This document shows positions 1 to 7,782 of a stretch of 19,437 nt of DNA, one piece after another; positions within the stretch are counted from its first letter, which is position 1, and each line of letters starts with the position of its first letter. A program made the translations under genes and the position numbers. The stretch comes from Candidatus Poribacteria bacterium. Its GTDB lineage: Bacteria; Poribacteria; WGA-4E; UBA9662. Location of the stretch: the NCBI GenBank assembly GCA_046582655.1, contig JAYGDX010000340.1:1-19437 (forward strand), written 5' to 3'. The notes beneath the pieces are model-generated. The model was given only the letters and a program-made list of their open reading frames with translations, had not been told where the DNA came from and did not search any database.

Positions 1-284
1 CAAACACAAAATGCTGGTGGGACTCTTAAGGGTTGAACACATCTTAAAACAAATATATCAACAGTTGCTTTCGATTTGGTTCAGCTAGAAATCTGTCCCA
101 TTTAACACCCACAGCTAGAAAACTCTAAGAATTGCTTTCATATATCGTGATGTTAGTTGCCAATCAGAACACGGATTATTCTTCTCTGTTTTTTTGTTAC
201 AGTTTGGCCGGTTGATTCCGCTTTGTTAAGAATAAACATATGCGTTGTGAAAACAGAACATAATTATAGTTGATGGGACAATAA

Positions 285-788
285 ATGTTGGAAGAGTCAA
301 TTAACTCCTCTGAAGAGTCAACTATTGCTTACCTTCAACAGCTGATAAGCGACTATCCACTAGTATTGGCGTTAATTGCTGTTATACTGCTTATCGTTGT
401 TGTTTTGGTTGTCCTTCTTCTCACGTGGCAAGCAGGAAATAGAGTAAGTCAAAATGAAATTAAGGTGGAGCTGAAGCAGATTGATGTCGCTAGCAACGGC
501 ATTTTGGTTGATGTGGATGCTCTAATTAAGAACGTGGGGGAAACTACCGTAACATTATCTGAAATTTATCTACATCTAATTGAGCTCAATCAGACACACG
601 TGGTAGAAGTCGAAGAGGTTTTTGGCGCTGATTTGCCATATGAAATTGAAGTTCATAAAGAGCTGGACATATATATGAATTTTGTCACCGATCGCCCTTT
701 AATGGAGGGTTTGGAGACAGAAGGATGGATTGCATGTCAAGCTGGAGGTCAGGAGTTTTTATCCAATCGGATTGAATGTATACTATAG
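285..788 (+). CDS. Hypothetical bitopic membrane protein (one TM helix plus acidic beta-rich, LEA/Ig-like soluble domain)
   Basis: 167-aa ORF. Long hydrophobic stretch (LVLALIAVILLIVVVLVVLLLTW) followed by an alternating beta-strand pattern (VDVDALIKNVGETTVTLSEIYL). Confidence 0.75.
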   Translation: MLEESINSSEESTIAYLQQLISDYPLVLALIAVILLIVVVLVVLLLTWQAGNRVSQNEIKVELKQIDVASNGILVDVDALIKNVGETTVTLSEIYLHLIELNQTHVVEVEEVFGADLPYEIEVHKELDIYMNFVTDRPLMEGLETEGWIACQAGGQEFLSNRIECIL

Positions 789-841
789 AAGCGTAGTACT
801 AAATTAGATTGAATTGACTGAACTTGTTGGAGCTGACGGTT

Positions 842-1519
842 TTATTTTTCTGCCACTTTGGCCTTCAAGGCAGCTAGATCATCATCAACATTGGTTTTAG
901 TCTTAAGAGCGGCAAATTCAGCTTCCAATTTATCTTCACCACTAAACTCGGCCGACATTTCGGCAGCTGCCTCAGCTTTGGCCTCATACTCATCTACTTT
1001 GGCATTCATGCGATCGAAAGTGCTGAAGGCGTTGTTTTTCTGCATACCAGAGATCGTATCGTGAATCTGTTTTTGTGCTTGTGCCCGTTTTTGACGCGCA
1101 ACTAAAAGGTTTTTCTTCCGTTGAGCTTCCTCAATTCGGCGTTGCAGGTCCAGTAAATGATCTTTAAGCTGGTTAACGGCGGCCTTTTGTTTCTCCCACT
1201 GTTCCTCATAATCATTTGCCAGTTGCTGATGTTCGTTTCGGCGAACAAGTGCTTTTTTTGCCAAGTCTTCATTGCTCTTTTCTAAGGCAACTGTTGCCTT
1301 TCCTTCCCACTCTTCAGCTGATGCGGCTCCGTTTTTATATTCTCTACCAAGGCGTTTTTCGTCGGCTATAGCGGCTGCAACTCCCTGTTTGGCCTTTACA
1401 AGTTGCTCGTTCATGTCTGTGAGAATTTGGCTTAGCATTTTCTCCGGATCTTCTGCTTTGTCAAGTGCGCTATTGACATTTGCTTTAAAAATTGTGGATA
1501 CACGATCGAAAATTCCCAT
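842..1519 (-). CDS. pspA: PspA/IM30 family protein (phage shock protein A / YjfJ-like)
   Basis: Classic N-terminus MGIFDRVSTIFKANVNSALDKAEDPEKML, all-helical coiled coil, FDRM..KV motif and C-terminal VDDDLAALKAK. Confidence 0.95.
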   Translation of the reverse strand: MGIFDRVSTIFKANVNSALDKAEDPEKMLSQILTDMNEQLVKAKQGVAAAIADEKRLGREYKNGAASAEEWEGKATVALEKSNEDLAKKALVRRNEHQQLANDYEEQWEKQKAAVNQLKDHLLDLQRRIEEAQRKKNLLVARQKRAQAQKQIHDTISGMQKNNAFSTFDRMNAKVDEYEAKAEAAAEMSAEFSGEDKLEAEFAALKTKTNVDDDLAALKAKVAEK

Positions 1520-1590
1520 TTTGAAAAACCTCGTTAGTTATGATTTACTTTGTTTTTTTTATGACTTTGATTGTATTAACTTTTGGTATA

Positions 1591-1992
1591 TTATTTCAGA
1601 TATTCTTCTAATAGATCATAAGCATCAATAACGTTAAGTGCTAGTGCATCAAGCGTCAGAAGCAGTTCATTTTTATCGAGATTCTCTATTGCCAGACTAT
1701 CCACTAGGACAAGCCGTTTGTCTTTTGGATTGTCCGAGTCAATTCCAAAACTGCTAGGTAGGATTTCCGTGTTTTCGTCCAGTATCTTCTCGTAAATTTC
1801 CTGAAGCTTGTTCTTATCCAGATCGTTAATGCTGCACAGATCTATGACAAACTCGATTTGTTCGTCAGTGATTAAGCCTCCAATGTTCAATTCATCGTTT
1901 TCTAGGAGTAAGACAGCACCTCGATCTGTGATATTGTATCCCTGATTCGACAGAAAGGTTGTAATTCCAACCTTTGTGTTTAACTTTGACAT
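1591..1992 (-). CDS. YjfI/DUF2170 family protein (CesT/T3SS-chaperone-like fold)
   Basis: 133 aa. ILPSSFGI and LDALALNVIDAYDLLEEYL resemble E. coli YjfI (MPLSSVGI ... LVDNALDLAEITEEY). Lies directly upstream of a PspA homologue, as in yjfI-yjfJ. Confidence 0.7.
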   Translation of the reverse strand: MSKLNTKVGITTFLSNQGYNITDRGAVLLLENDELNIGGLITDEQIEFVIDLCSINDLDKNKLQEIYEKILDENTEILPSSFGIDSDNPKDKRLVLVDSLAIENLDKNELLLTLDALALNVIDAYDLLEEYLK

Positions 1993-2152
1993 AAATCTAC
2001 CTTAAAGAATTCGCATTTTGCTGCCATTTAGTATGCTAAATCGTAACTGGGCCAAACTAAAAATAACTTTCACGTTGCAAGTGAAATCAACCGATTCAAT
2101 TCAGTTTTCCGCTGAAACGTATGAGGGGCAAAATGTTGTTACGGGATTAGGA

Positions 2153-3043
2153 TTAACGATTACCTATGAGCTCTTGTTCCAAGGAAAGACTATAGTCGAG
2201 TAATGCGTTAGCATAAATTACATTGTGGAGTCCGTAACCGCTATCCCCTTTGACCATATCATAGTTCAGTTTGGCCTGTTTATAATTCTCGTCTTCCCGG
2301 TCATTTGCCTGATCTAAAATCGCTTTTACAGCTTGCATCTTTTGTTCGATCTCTGTCCGGTATTTCTTGATCTTTTGGTCCATATCCTCGTGACACTGTT
2401 TGCAGGTTGAGAAGTTTGCCTTAAAAGTGTGTCCGCCATGTTTGGCAATTGTTTCCGAATCTTCCTTGGCCATGTGGCAATGAACACATCGTTTTTTCAT
2501 CACTTTTACGTGTGGTGAAGGCATTCGTTTCACTCCAGCACCTTCGCGTCCCAAAAACATCTCTGATTGCGATTGATGTATAATTCCGGCACCAGCGCAT
2601 CCACAATCCATTTTGTGACATGAAATGCATAACGACTTTATTGATTTGGTCAGATAATCTTTGCGATGGCTCCTGTGCGAATGACAGAGTGAACAGGAAA
2701 CCGCGTTAACAGCCGTTTTAAGTGTTATTTCCTGCTTTTCCCCCCAATTCCTAGTTGGGTCGTCATAGCCCGCAGAATGGCATGACAGACAGGAATCCCG
2801 GGTTTCGTATGGCCCTTCAATCAAATTGGTTAAGGCGTGTTTGTGGCCTGAAAATTCCCATTCTTTATAGGCAACCTCATTTCCATGACATGTGTAGCAT
2901 TTTTCGGCAAATGGACTATCAGTGTGAGGCTCTACCTCACGGGTGCCGATTTGTGCGGCGATTACTGTCAATGTTAAAGCTGCCATTAAACTTAAGAGCA
3001 CAACCATTAACATTGAGAAACTGGGAAAAGTATGGTTTCGCAT
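2153..3043 (-). CDS. Periplasmic or membrane-anchored multiheme c-type cytochrome (six CxxCH), with a c552/NrfA-like helical C-terminus
   Basis: N-terminal hydrophobic signal/anchor. Heme motifs CYTCH, CLSCH, CSLCH, CISCH, CVHCH, CKQCH; HGGHTF and DSGYGLHN motifs. Confidence 0.9.
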   Translation of the reverse strand: MRNHTFPSFSMLMVVLLSLMAALTLTVIAAQIGTREVEPHTDSPFAEKCYTCHGNEVAYKEWEFSGHKHALTNLIEGPYETRDSCLSCHSAGYDDPTRNWGEKQEITLKTAVNAVSCSLCHSHRSHRKDYLTKSIKSLCISCHKMDCGCAGAGIIHQSQSEMFLGREGAGVKRMPSPHVKVMKKRCVHCHMAKEDSETIAKHGGHTFKANFSTCKQCHEDMDQKIKKYRTEIEQKMQAVKAILDQANDREDENYKQAKLNYDMVKGDSGYGLHNVIYANALLDYSLSLEQELIGNR

Positions 3044-3081
3044 GTTATGGCAAACCTGAAATTTAGGATACTACTTACAAC

Positions 3082-3111
3082 AGGATATATTTAAAGCGCC
3101 ATTGTTGTCAA
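3082..3111 (-). promoter_or_regulatory. Putative sigma70 promoter of the cytochrome gene
   Basis: Minus strand TTGACA (3111-3106), 18-nt spacer, TATCCT (3087-3082), about 40 nt upstream of the ATG. Confidence 0.45.
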
Positions 3112-3145
3112 TTAAAAATGTCAATTTTTCAGGCCGACATAATGC

Positions 3146-3175
3146 TTGAATCAAACGGTCCTGGTGTGATATACT
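3146..3175 (+). promoter_or_regulatory. Putative sigma70 promoter (extended -10) of the BMC operon
   Basis: TTGAAT (3146-3151), 18-nt spacer, TATACT (3170-3175) preceded by TGn. SD-like GGCGGAG before ATG 3234. Confidence 0.55.
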
Positions 3176-3233
3176 GCCAGCCAATGAACATCACATAGTA
3201 TTAGATTTATGTAGAAGGCGGAGTCTACTTGAG

Positions 3234-3575
3234 ATGTCATCAGATGCTCTAGGATTAATTGAGACACGTGGGCTTGTCGGTAGTATAGAGGCAGCAGACG
3301 CGATGGTCAAGGCAGCAAATGTCGTTTTAGTTGGACAAGAACAGATTGGCGGTGGATTAGTCACTGTCATGGTTCGTGGGGATGTTGGGGCAGTAAAGGC
3401 TGCAACAGACGCCGGGGCCGAATCAGCAGCAAAAGTAGGCGAAGTGATTTCTGTTCATGTTATTCCTCGTCCGCATGCTGAAGTTGAGGCTATACTGCCA
3501 CGGTCAGTACAGCGGGAAGAGAAAGCCTTGACTCTGGATTTTTCAGCCAGCGAAGACGAAGATTCTGCAGAATAA
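3234..3575 (+). CDS. Bacterial microcompartment hexameric shell protein (BMC-H, PduA/EutM-like) with acidic C-terminal tail
   Basis: [26 protein letters not shown]...[23 protein letters not shown]...HVIPRPH is the canonical PF00936 signature. Confidence 0.97.
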   Translation: MSSDALGLIETRGLVGSIEAADAMVKAANVVLVGQEQIGGGLVTVMVRGDVGAVKAATDAGAESAAKVGEVISVHVIPRPHAEVEAILPRSVQREEKALTLDFSASEDEDSAE

Positions 3576-3601
3576 ATCCTTCGAATTGGAGATAACCGAA
3601 A

Positions 3602-4321
3602 TTGGATCGGCTGGTTGAGCAAATCTCCCGACAAGTACTTGAACAGCTGAACAACGAACAGCCGAACGAAGATCAGGCGTGTCATGGATGCGCCATGCGG
3701 TCATGCAGTACAGCCGGGCGGGCTTGTGATCAAGCAAGGTTTGATAAAAAAGTGCCAATTGGCGTTTCTGCCAGGCATGTGCACGTCACCCAATCAGATT
3801 TGGAGATTTTATATGGTGATCGTCATCGACTTACGGTTTTAGCACCTTTATATCAACCGGGAGCTTTTGCTGCTAAAGAAACGGTCACTATAGTCGGACA
3901 CCGAATGCGGGCTATCGAAGGGGTACGCATTCTTGGCGGAGTCAGAAGTTATTCACAGGTTGAGGTGGCTCCTACGGATGCAATCCGTTTGGGATTGCAT
4001 CCGCCAATCCGAGATTCAGGGGATTTAAAGGGAGCTGAGCCAATAACGCTTGTCGGACCTCATGGTTCCGTTCGTCTTGATGAAGGTGCCATCATTGCCA
4101 CTCGACACGCCCACATGACTCCAGAAGAAGCGGAGGGGTTTGGTGTAAGCGAAAGCGATCGGCTGAAAGTGCGCATTGTTGGGGAGCGATCGCTGGTATT
4201 CGAAAATATTCGTCCAAAGATTCATCCGGATTATGTGTTGCAGATGCATCTTGATACGGATGACGCCAATGCTGCCGGATTACGTGGTGGTGAAGCGGTT
4301 GAGTTATTAGAGGATTTATAG
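3602..4321 (+). CDS. pduL: Phosphate propanoyltransferase / phosphotransacylase PduL with N-terminal encapsulation peptide
   Basis: PIGVSARHVH, LYQPGAFAAKETVT, VRILG, PIRDSGDL, IIATRHAHM and MHLDTDDANAA motifs. TTG start after GGAG. N-terminal amphipathic helix DRLVEQISRQVLEQL. Confidence 0.95.
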   Translation: MDRLVEQISRQVLEQLNNEQPNEDQACHGCAMRSCSTAGRACDQARFDKKVPIGVSARHVHVTQSDLEILYGDRHRLTVLAPLYQPGAFAAKETVTIVGHRMRAIEGVRILGGVRSYSQVEVAPTDAIRLGLHPPIRDSGDLKGAEPITLVGPHGSVRLDEGAIIATRHAHMTPEEAEGFGVSESDRLKVRIVGERSLVFENIRPKIHPDYVLQMHLDTDDANAAGLRGGEAVELLEDL

Positions 4322-4330
4322 GACAAGAGC

Positions 4331-5023
4331 GTGTCGATGGATCGAGGGGCATTCGGAACGTCGAATCAAGATCAGAAGAGAATTCTAGTTATATTTGGAG
4401 CGACTCAGGTCAGTATTGATCAGCCGCTGGCTCAGATTCAAATTTGTATTGAAGAAGGATACGATATTTTTGTCATTTTATCTGATCTGGCGGAAAAGAT
4501 TTTTCAAGTAGCCGAAATTAGAAATGTTTGTGGTATTGACCGTGTTGTTACCGACAGTGAGGTAGCCGACCTCAATTTTTTTCTCAATGGCTTCTGCTTA
4601 ACGGTAATCGCTGTCTTATCGCAGGCTATGTCGTCCAAGATGGTTTTGGGCGTTGCTGATACTCCATCTGTTTTTTTGCCGATTCAAGCCTTAGCGCGCG
4701 GTGACCGCGTGATGGCAGTGTCAACTCAAACGCCAAAAAAAACGTCAAGGTTGATGGAGTCCAAATCAGTGCATCCCCAATTGCTAGATCTTGGTATTGA
4801 ATTGATAAGAACAGATCAGATTGCCGATCTGATTATGAGCGATGGGGCACGTGCTTTTTACACAGGATCTCCAAACAACCAAAAAACCGTAATCACTGCG
4901 TCGGCCATAGATCGATTGTCATCAACAGTGAGTGAGTTAGTTTGTCCAGGAAACTCTCTGGTTACACCGCTGGCTAAAGAAATCGCTGAGCGGAAAAATG
5001 TCACCCTTTTAATTGGCACATAG
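4331..5023 (+). CDS. BMC-associated flavoprotein (PF02441/HFCD-like, divergent) with a C-terminal VIT...VTPLA module
   Basis: KRILVIF, VILSDLAEKIF and SKMVLGVADT resemble the flavoprotein family found in BMC loci. C-terminal VITASAI...LVTPLAKEIAERKNVTL. Confidence 0.65.
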   Translation: MSMDRGAFGTSNQDQKRILVIFGATQVSIDQPLAQIQICIEEGYDIFVILSDLAEKIFQVAEIRNVCGIDRVVTDSEVADLNFFLNGFCLTVIAVLSQAMSSKMVLGVADTPSVFLPIQALARGDRVMAVSTQTPKKTSRLMESKSVHPQLLDLGIELIRTDQIADLIMSDGARAFYTGSPNNQKTVITASAIDRLSSTVSELVCPGNSLVTPLAKEIAERKNVTLLIGT

Positions 5024-5034
5024 GAGGTTTTAAA

Positions 5035-6531
5035 ATGAGATTCCAAATTCTTTCCATTATAATCACCATTTTCTTGTTAGTTAATATAGCGAACTTTTCA
5101 AATGCCGATTACGAATACGATTATTTCTCGGACCGCTTGAGCCGTGAGTACCGCGATGCGGAAGATCTTGAGGATTGGATCGAACGTGGAAACTCAACTG
5201 TTACAGCTAGCCCTCAGTTCCCTAATGGTGTTCGATTGTCAGCTTGGGAAAGCGAATACAAGGATGATGAGAGCTATGAGTTTGCTATCGTAAGCGCGTT
5301 ATACTTGTTCTCTATACCAAAACAGGCTCAGCATATAGAGATTACTATACGTTATCGTGGTGAGCCAGGGAAATCTCATCTGGAAGATTATGAAGAGGTC
5401 GCTGGGCGCGTCTGGATTCGAAACACCAAGCGAGAGATGATAGAACGGAATTATGATGATGAGCATGTAAATGAGACACTTTACGGTGATACTTTTGTTT
5501 TACGTGCTAAACGTAGGGCGGAGACAATCAAGATCGCAGCGGTAGGCCATGTCGATGGTGATGAGATGGAACTGCATGTTGTTGTTGACGGTGGTGGTCA
5601 GCTTGACGTTGAATCAATCAGTGTTTCGACTTATCGTCACCGACCCGAAATCCGTGTCGAGCATCGGTATGTAAATAGTTATCATTGGTCGCCATGGCAC
5701 CGCTACACTTACCTCTATTTCTACGATGGCCCGCTATATTACAACTATCCTGGTCGCTATGTGCGTTGGGATTTTCCATTTGGTGATCGATCCTACTTTC
5801 TTATCCGACACTCTTATAGCTCATACTACGGTAGATATTACCGTCGTTATCCGGAACGTCACTATTATCGTGCTTCTCGAAGAAGCGTTCCTGTGCGTGC
5901 GCACCGTTTTCGAGGAACGGGTACGGTCAATCGGTTTCGATTGAGTCGATGGACGACTGATCATCAACAGGTTCGTGTCAAATATGTTCAATCGCGCAAA
6001 AATAAAAACGATTCCCGTATTGATCACACACAGGTACAATCAAATGTTAGGATGGTTGTACAGAAACACCGGGATAATTCAGAGCTTTCAGACCGCGTTA
6101 TCAATGAATCTAGCAGTTTAGCCAAACGGAAACGAGCCGTTTTGCAACGGCAACCCGCGCGTGCTTTTGGCACCTCCATCAGACAGAAGCGGTATACTGA
6201 TAACCGAAGTCGTTTTACGAAGGGTATAAGTGCTACCAAAAGACGGAGACCTAATCTTTCAAGTAGGACACGAATTTATAGCAGCCGATCCAGCACGACG
6301 AGTCAATCCAGCATGCAAAGATCGGTGTCTAGTCGAAGTAGGTCATCGTCGAGTCGAGGTAGCCTTGAAAGGCGAAAGAAGTCAACTGAAGTCCGTAGCC
6401 GTCCCTCATCAGGAAACTCTTCATCTTTGCAAAAAAGGAGGGCAAGTAATTCAAGCAGCCGTAATAAAGATGGCGATGATGAAAAGGATCGAAGCCGCAC
6501 CACCAGTAGAACGCAAAGGCGAAGGAAATAG
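5035..6531 (+). CDS. Secreted hypothetical protein: acidic globular domain, Tyr/Arg/His-rich segment, Arg/Ser low-complexity tail
   Basis: 498-aa ORF with strong SD (AGGAGG), signal peptide ending SNA|DY and clear compositional blocks. Confidence 0.8.
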   Translation: MRFQILSIIITIFLLVNIANFSNADYEYDYFSDRLSREYRDAEDLEDWIERGNSTVTASPQFPNGVRLSAWESEYKDDESYEFAIVSALYLFSIPKQAQHIEITIRYRGEPGKSHLEDYEEVAGRVWIRNTKREMIERNYDDEHVNETLYGDTFVLRAKRRAETIKIAAVGHVDGDEMELHVVVDGGGQLDVESISVSTYRHRPEIRVEHRYVNSYHWSPWHRYTYLYFYDGPLYYNYPGRYVRWDFPFGDRSYFLIRHSYSSYYGRYYRRYPERHYYRASRRSVPVRAHRFRGTGTVNRFRLSRWTTDHQQVRVKYVQSRKNKNDSRIDHTQVQSNVRMVVQKHRDNSELSDRVINESSSLAKRKRAVLQRQPARAFGTSIRQKRYTDNRSRFTKGISATKRRRPNLSSRTRIYSSRSSTTSQSSMQRSVSSRSRSSSSRGSLERRKKSTEVRSRPSSGNSSSLQKRRASNSSSRNKDGDDEKDRSRTTSRTQRRRK

Positions 6532-6532
6532 C

Positions 6533-6555
6533 CCTCAGCATAGTCAATGTTGAGG
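6533..6555 (+). terminator. Stem-loop just after the 498-aa gene (weak terminator or mRNA-stabilising hairpin)
   Basis: CCTCAGCAT-agtca-ATGTTGAGG, 9-bp stem with one G-U pair. Only a poor U-tract follows. Confidence 0.35.
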
Positions 6556-6590
6556 TTGATTAATCCATTGATAGCTTTCGTTTGGAATTA

Positions 6591-7157
6591 ATGGTGAATA
6601 GGAAATACACCTTGTATTTTAGGTTGCTGACTTTTGCTTTTCTGTGTGTGATTTCTTTTGTGCAGTTTGGAGCCACCCAATCCGAATCGAAGAGCCCAGA
6701 GAAGGAGATACTCCTTATTTCCCCCTATGGGGCCGTTGCTCGATCTGCTATAATTCCTGGGTGGGGGCAGTTTCACGCACATAATTATCTTCAATCGGTT
6801 TTTTCCTTCTTTGGTGTTGGTACTTCATTAGCAGGAGCTGTTGTAACACATTTTTCATTTCGAGAGGCATACGATAAAGAGTACCTGCCTATTGCGTTGG
6901 AGAACCGCAAGTCAAAAGAAGCGCTTGTGGCTTACGATCGGGCCAACCAAAAGTACCGAGTTCGGCAATTTTTTCTCTATACAGCGGCTGGTATTTGGGC
7001 TTATAGCATTATTGATGCTTATGTCGCAGCTAATCTTTATAATGCTTCAACAAAGTCACAGCTTATCATTGAAGATAGCAAGGCTTTTGAACAACTTGGC
7101 GTTAAATTTGATCTCAACCAAGATCATATTTCTTTTAACTTACTCAAACAATTTTGA
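6591..7157 (+). CDS. DUF5683-like membrane protein (alternative TTG start at 6582)
   Basis: Signal-like N-terminus, AVARSAIIPGWGQFH motif and W..SIIDAYVAANL motif. Confidence 0.7.
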   Translation: MVNRKYTLYFRLLTFAFLCVISFVQFGATQSESKSPEKEILLISPYGAVARSAIIPGWGQFHAHNYLQSVFSFFGVGTSLAGAVVTHFSFREAYDKEYLPIALENRKSKEALVAYDRANQKYRVRQFFLYTAAGIWAYSIIDAYVAANLYNASTKSQLIIEDSKAFEQLGVKFDLNQDHISFNLLKQF

Positions 7158-7191
7158 CAGATAGTTACCATTAGTGAGGTTTATTTGCGAT

Positions 7192-7767
7192 ATGCTGGAA
7201 TCTTTCGCGCAAGTACTTTGTTTATTGGCAATTTCGGTCCTGATTTTTGGATGTGGTGATGTTGATCCCGTTGATGTTCCACTAACAGGAGAAGAGCTAA
7301 CTATAGTTGCCGTTCTGAAAAAATGGCGAACAGGTTATGAAAACGAAGACGTTGATACTTACATAAGTACTTTCTGGGCTGATGGCTTTCTCTACACCTC
7401 GGATCTCGGAACGGATGATAAAACCGATGATGTCGAATTTACAGACATTCGTGAGGAGAGAGAATCAGCAATCCGTGTTTTCTCCAGATACCAAGACCTA
7501 GAAATTGAACTCTCTGAACCCCCTGAGATTATGTTTAACGAAGATAAAACCAGAGCTGAGGTTAAAAATCATTATCGGATTCAAGGGTTTGTCGCTGATG
7601 GGGAGTCACTTGAGGGTGGGTATACGGGTTGGTATGCTGAAGGAGATAGTAATTTTGTTTTCGAGTTGAGGGAGAATCCTGCAACTAAAAAGAAGGAGTG
7701 GCGAATCACTGAATGGTGGGATGAGGCTTTCAGTGAAGAAGAAATTCGGGCCGCCAATAAGCTTTAG
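7192..7767 (+). CDS. Lipoprotein with NTF2/SnoaL-like domain (alternative GTG start at 7174)
   Basis: Lipobox LIFG|C. WRTGYENEDVDTYISTF...WRITEW pattern typical of the NTF2-like fold. GAGGT SD upstream of ATG 7192. Confidence 0.75.
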   Translation: MLESFAQVLCLLAISVLIFGCGDVDPVDVPLTGEELTIVAVLKKWRTGYENEDVDTYISTFWADGFLYTSDLGTDDKTDDVEFTDIREERESAIRVFSRYQDLEIELSEPPEIMFNEDKTRAEVKNHYRIQGFVADGESLEGGYTGWYAEGDSNFVFELRENPATKKKEWRITEWWDEAFSEEEIRAANKL

Positions 7768-7782
7768 ATTTGGTAGATATCG

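Noticed and set aside
1..284. Short ORFs and a CAGCTAGAAA repeat at 82 and 112
   Set aside because: No recognisable protein, and a two-copy 10-mer is not enough to support a feature.
2010..2030. Sigma54 promoter for the pspA unit (minus strand TGGCAGCAAAATGC)
   Set aside because: The GG-to-GC spacing is 9 nt rather than the required 10.
2153..3043. NrfA nitrite reductase
   Set aside because: No CxxCK active-site heme, too short, and six rather than five heme motifs.
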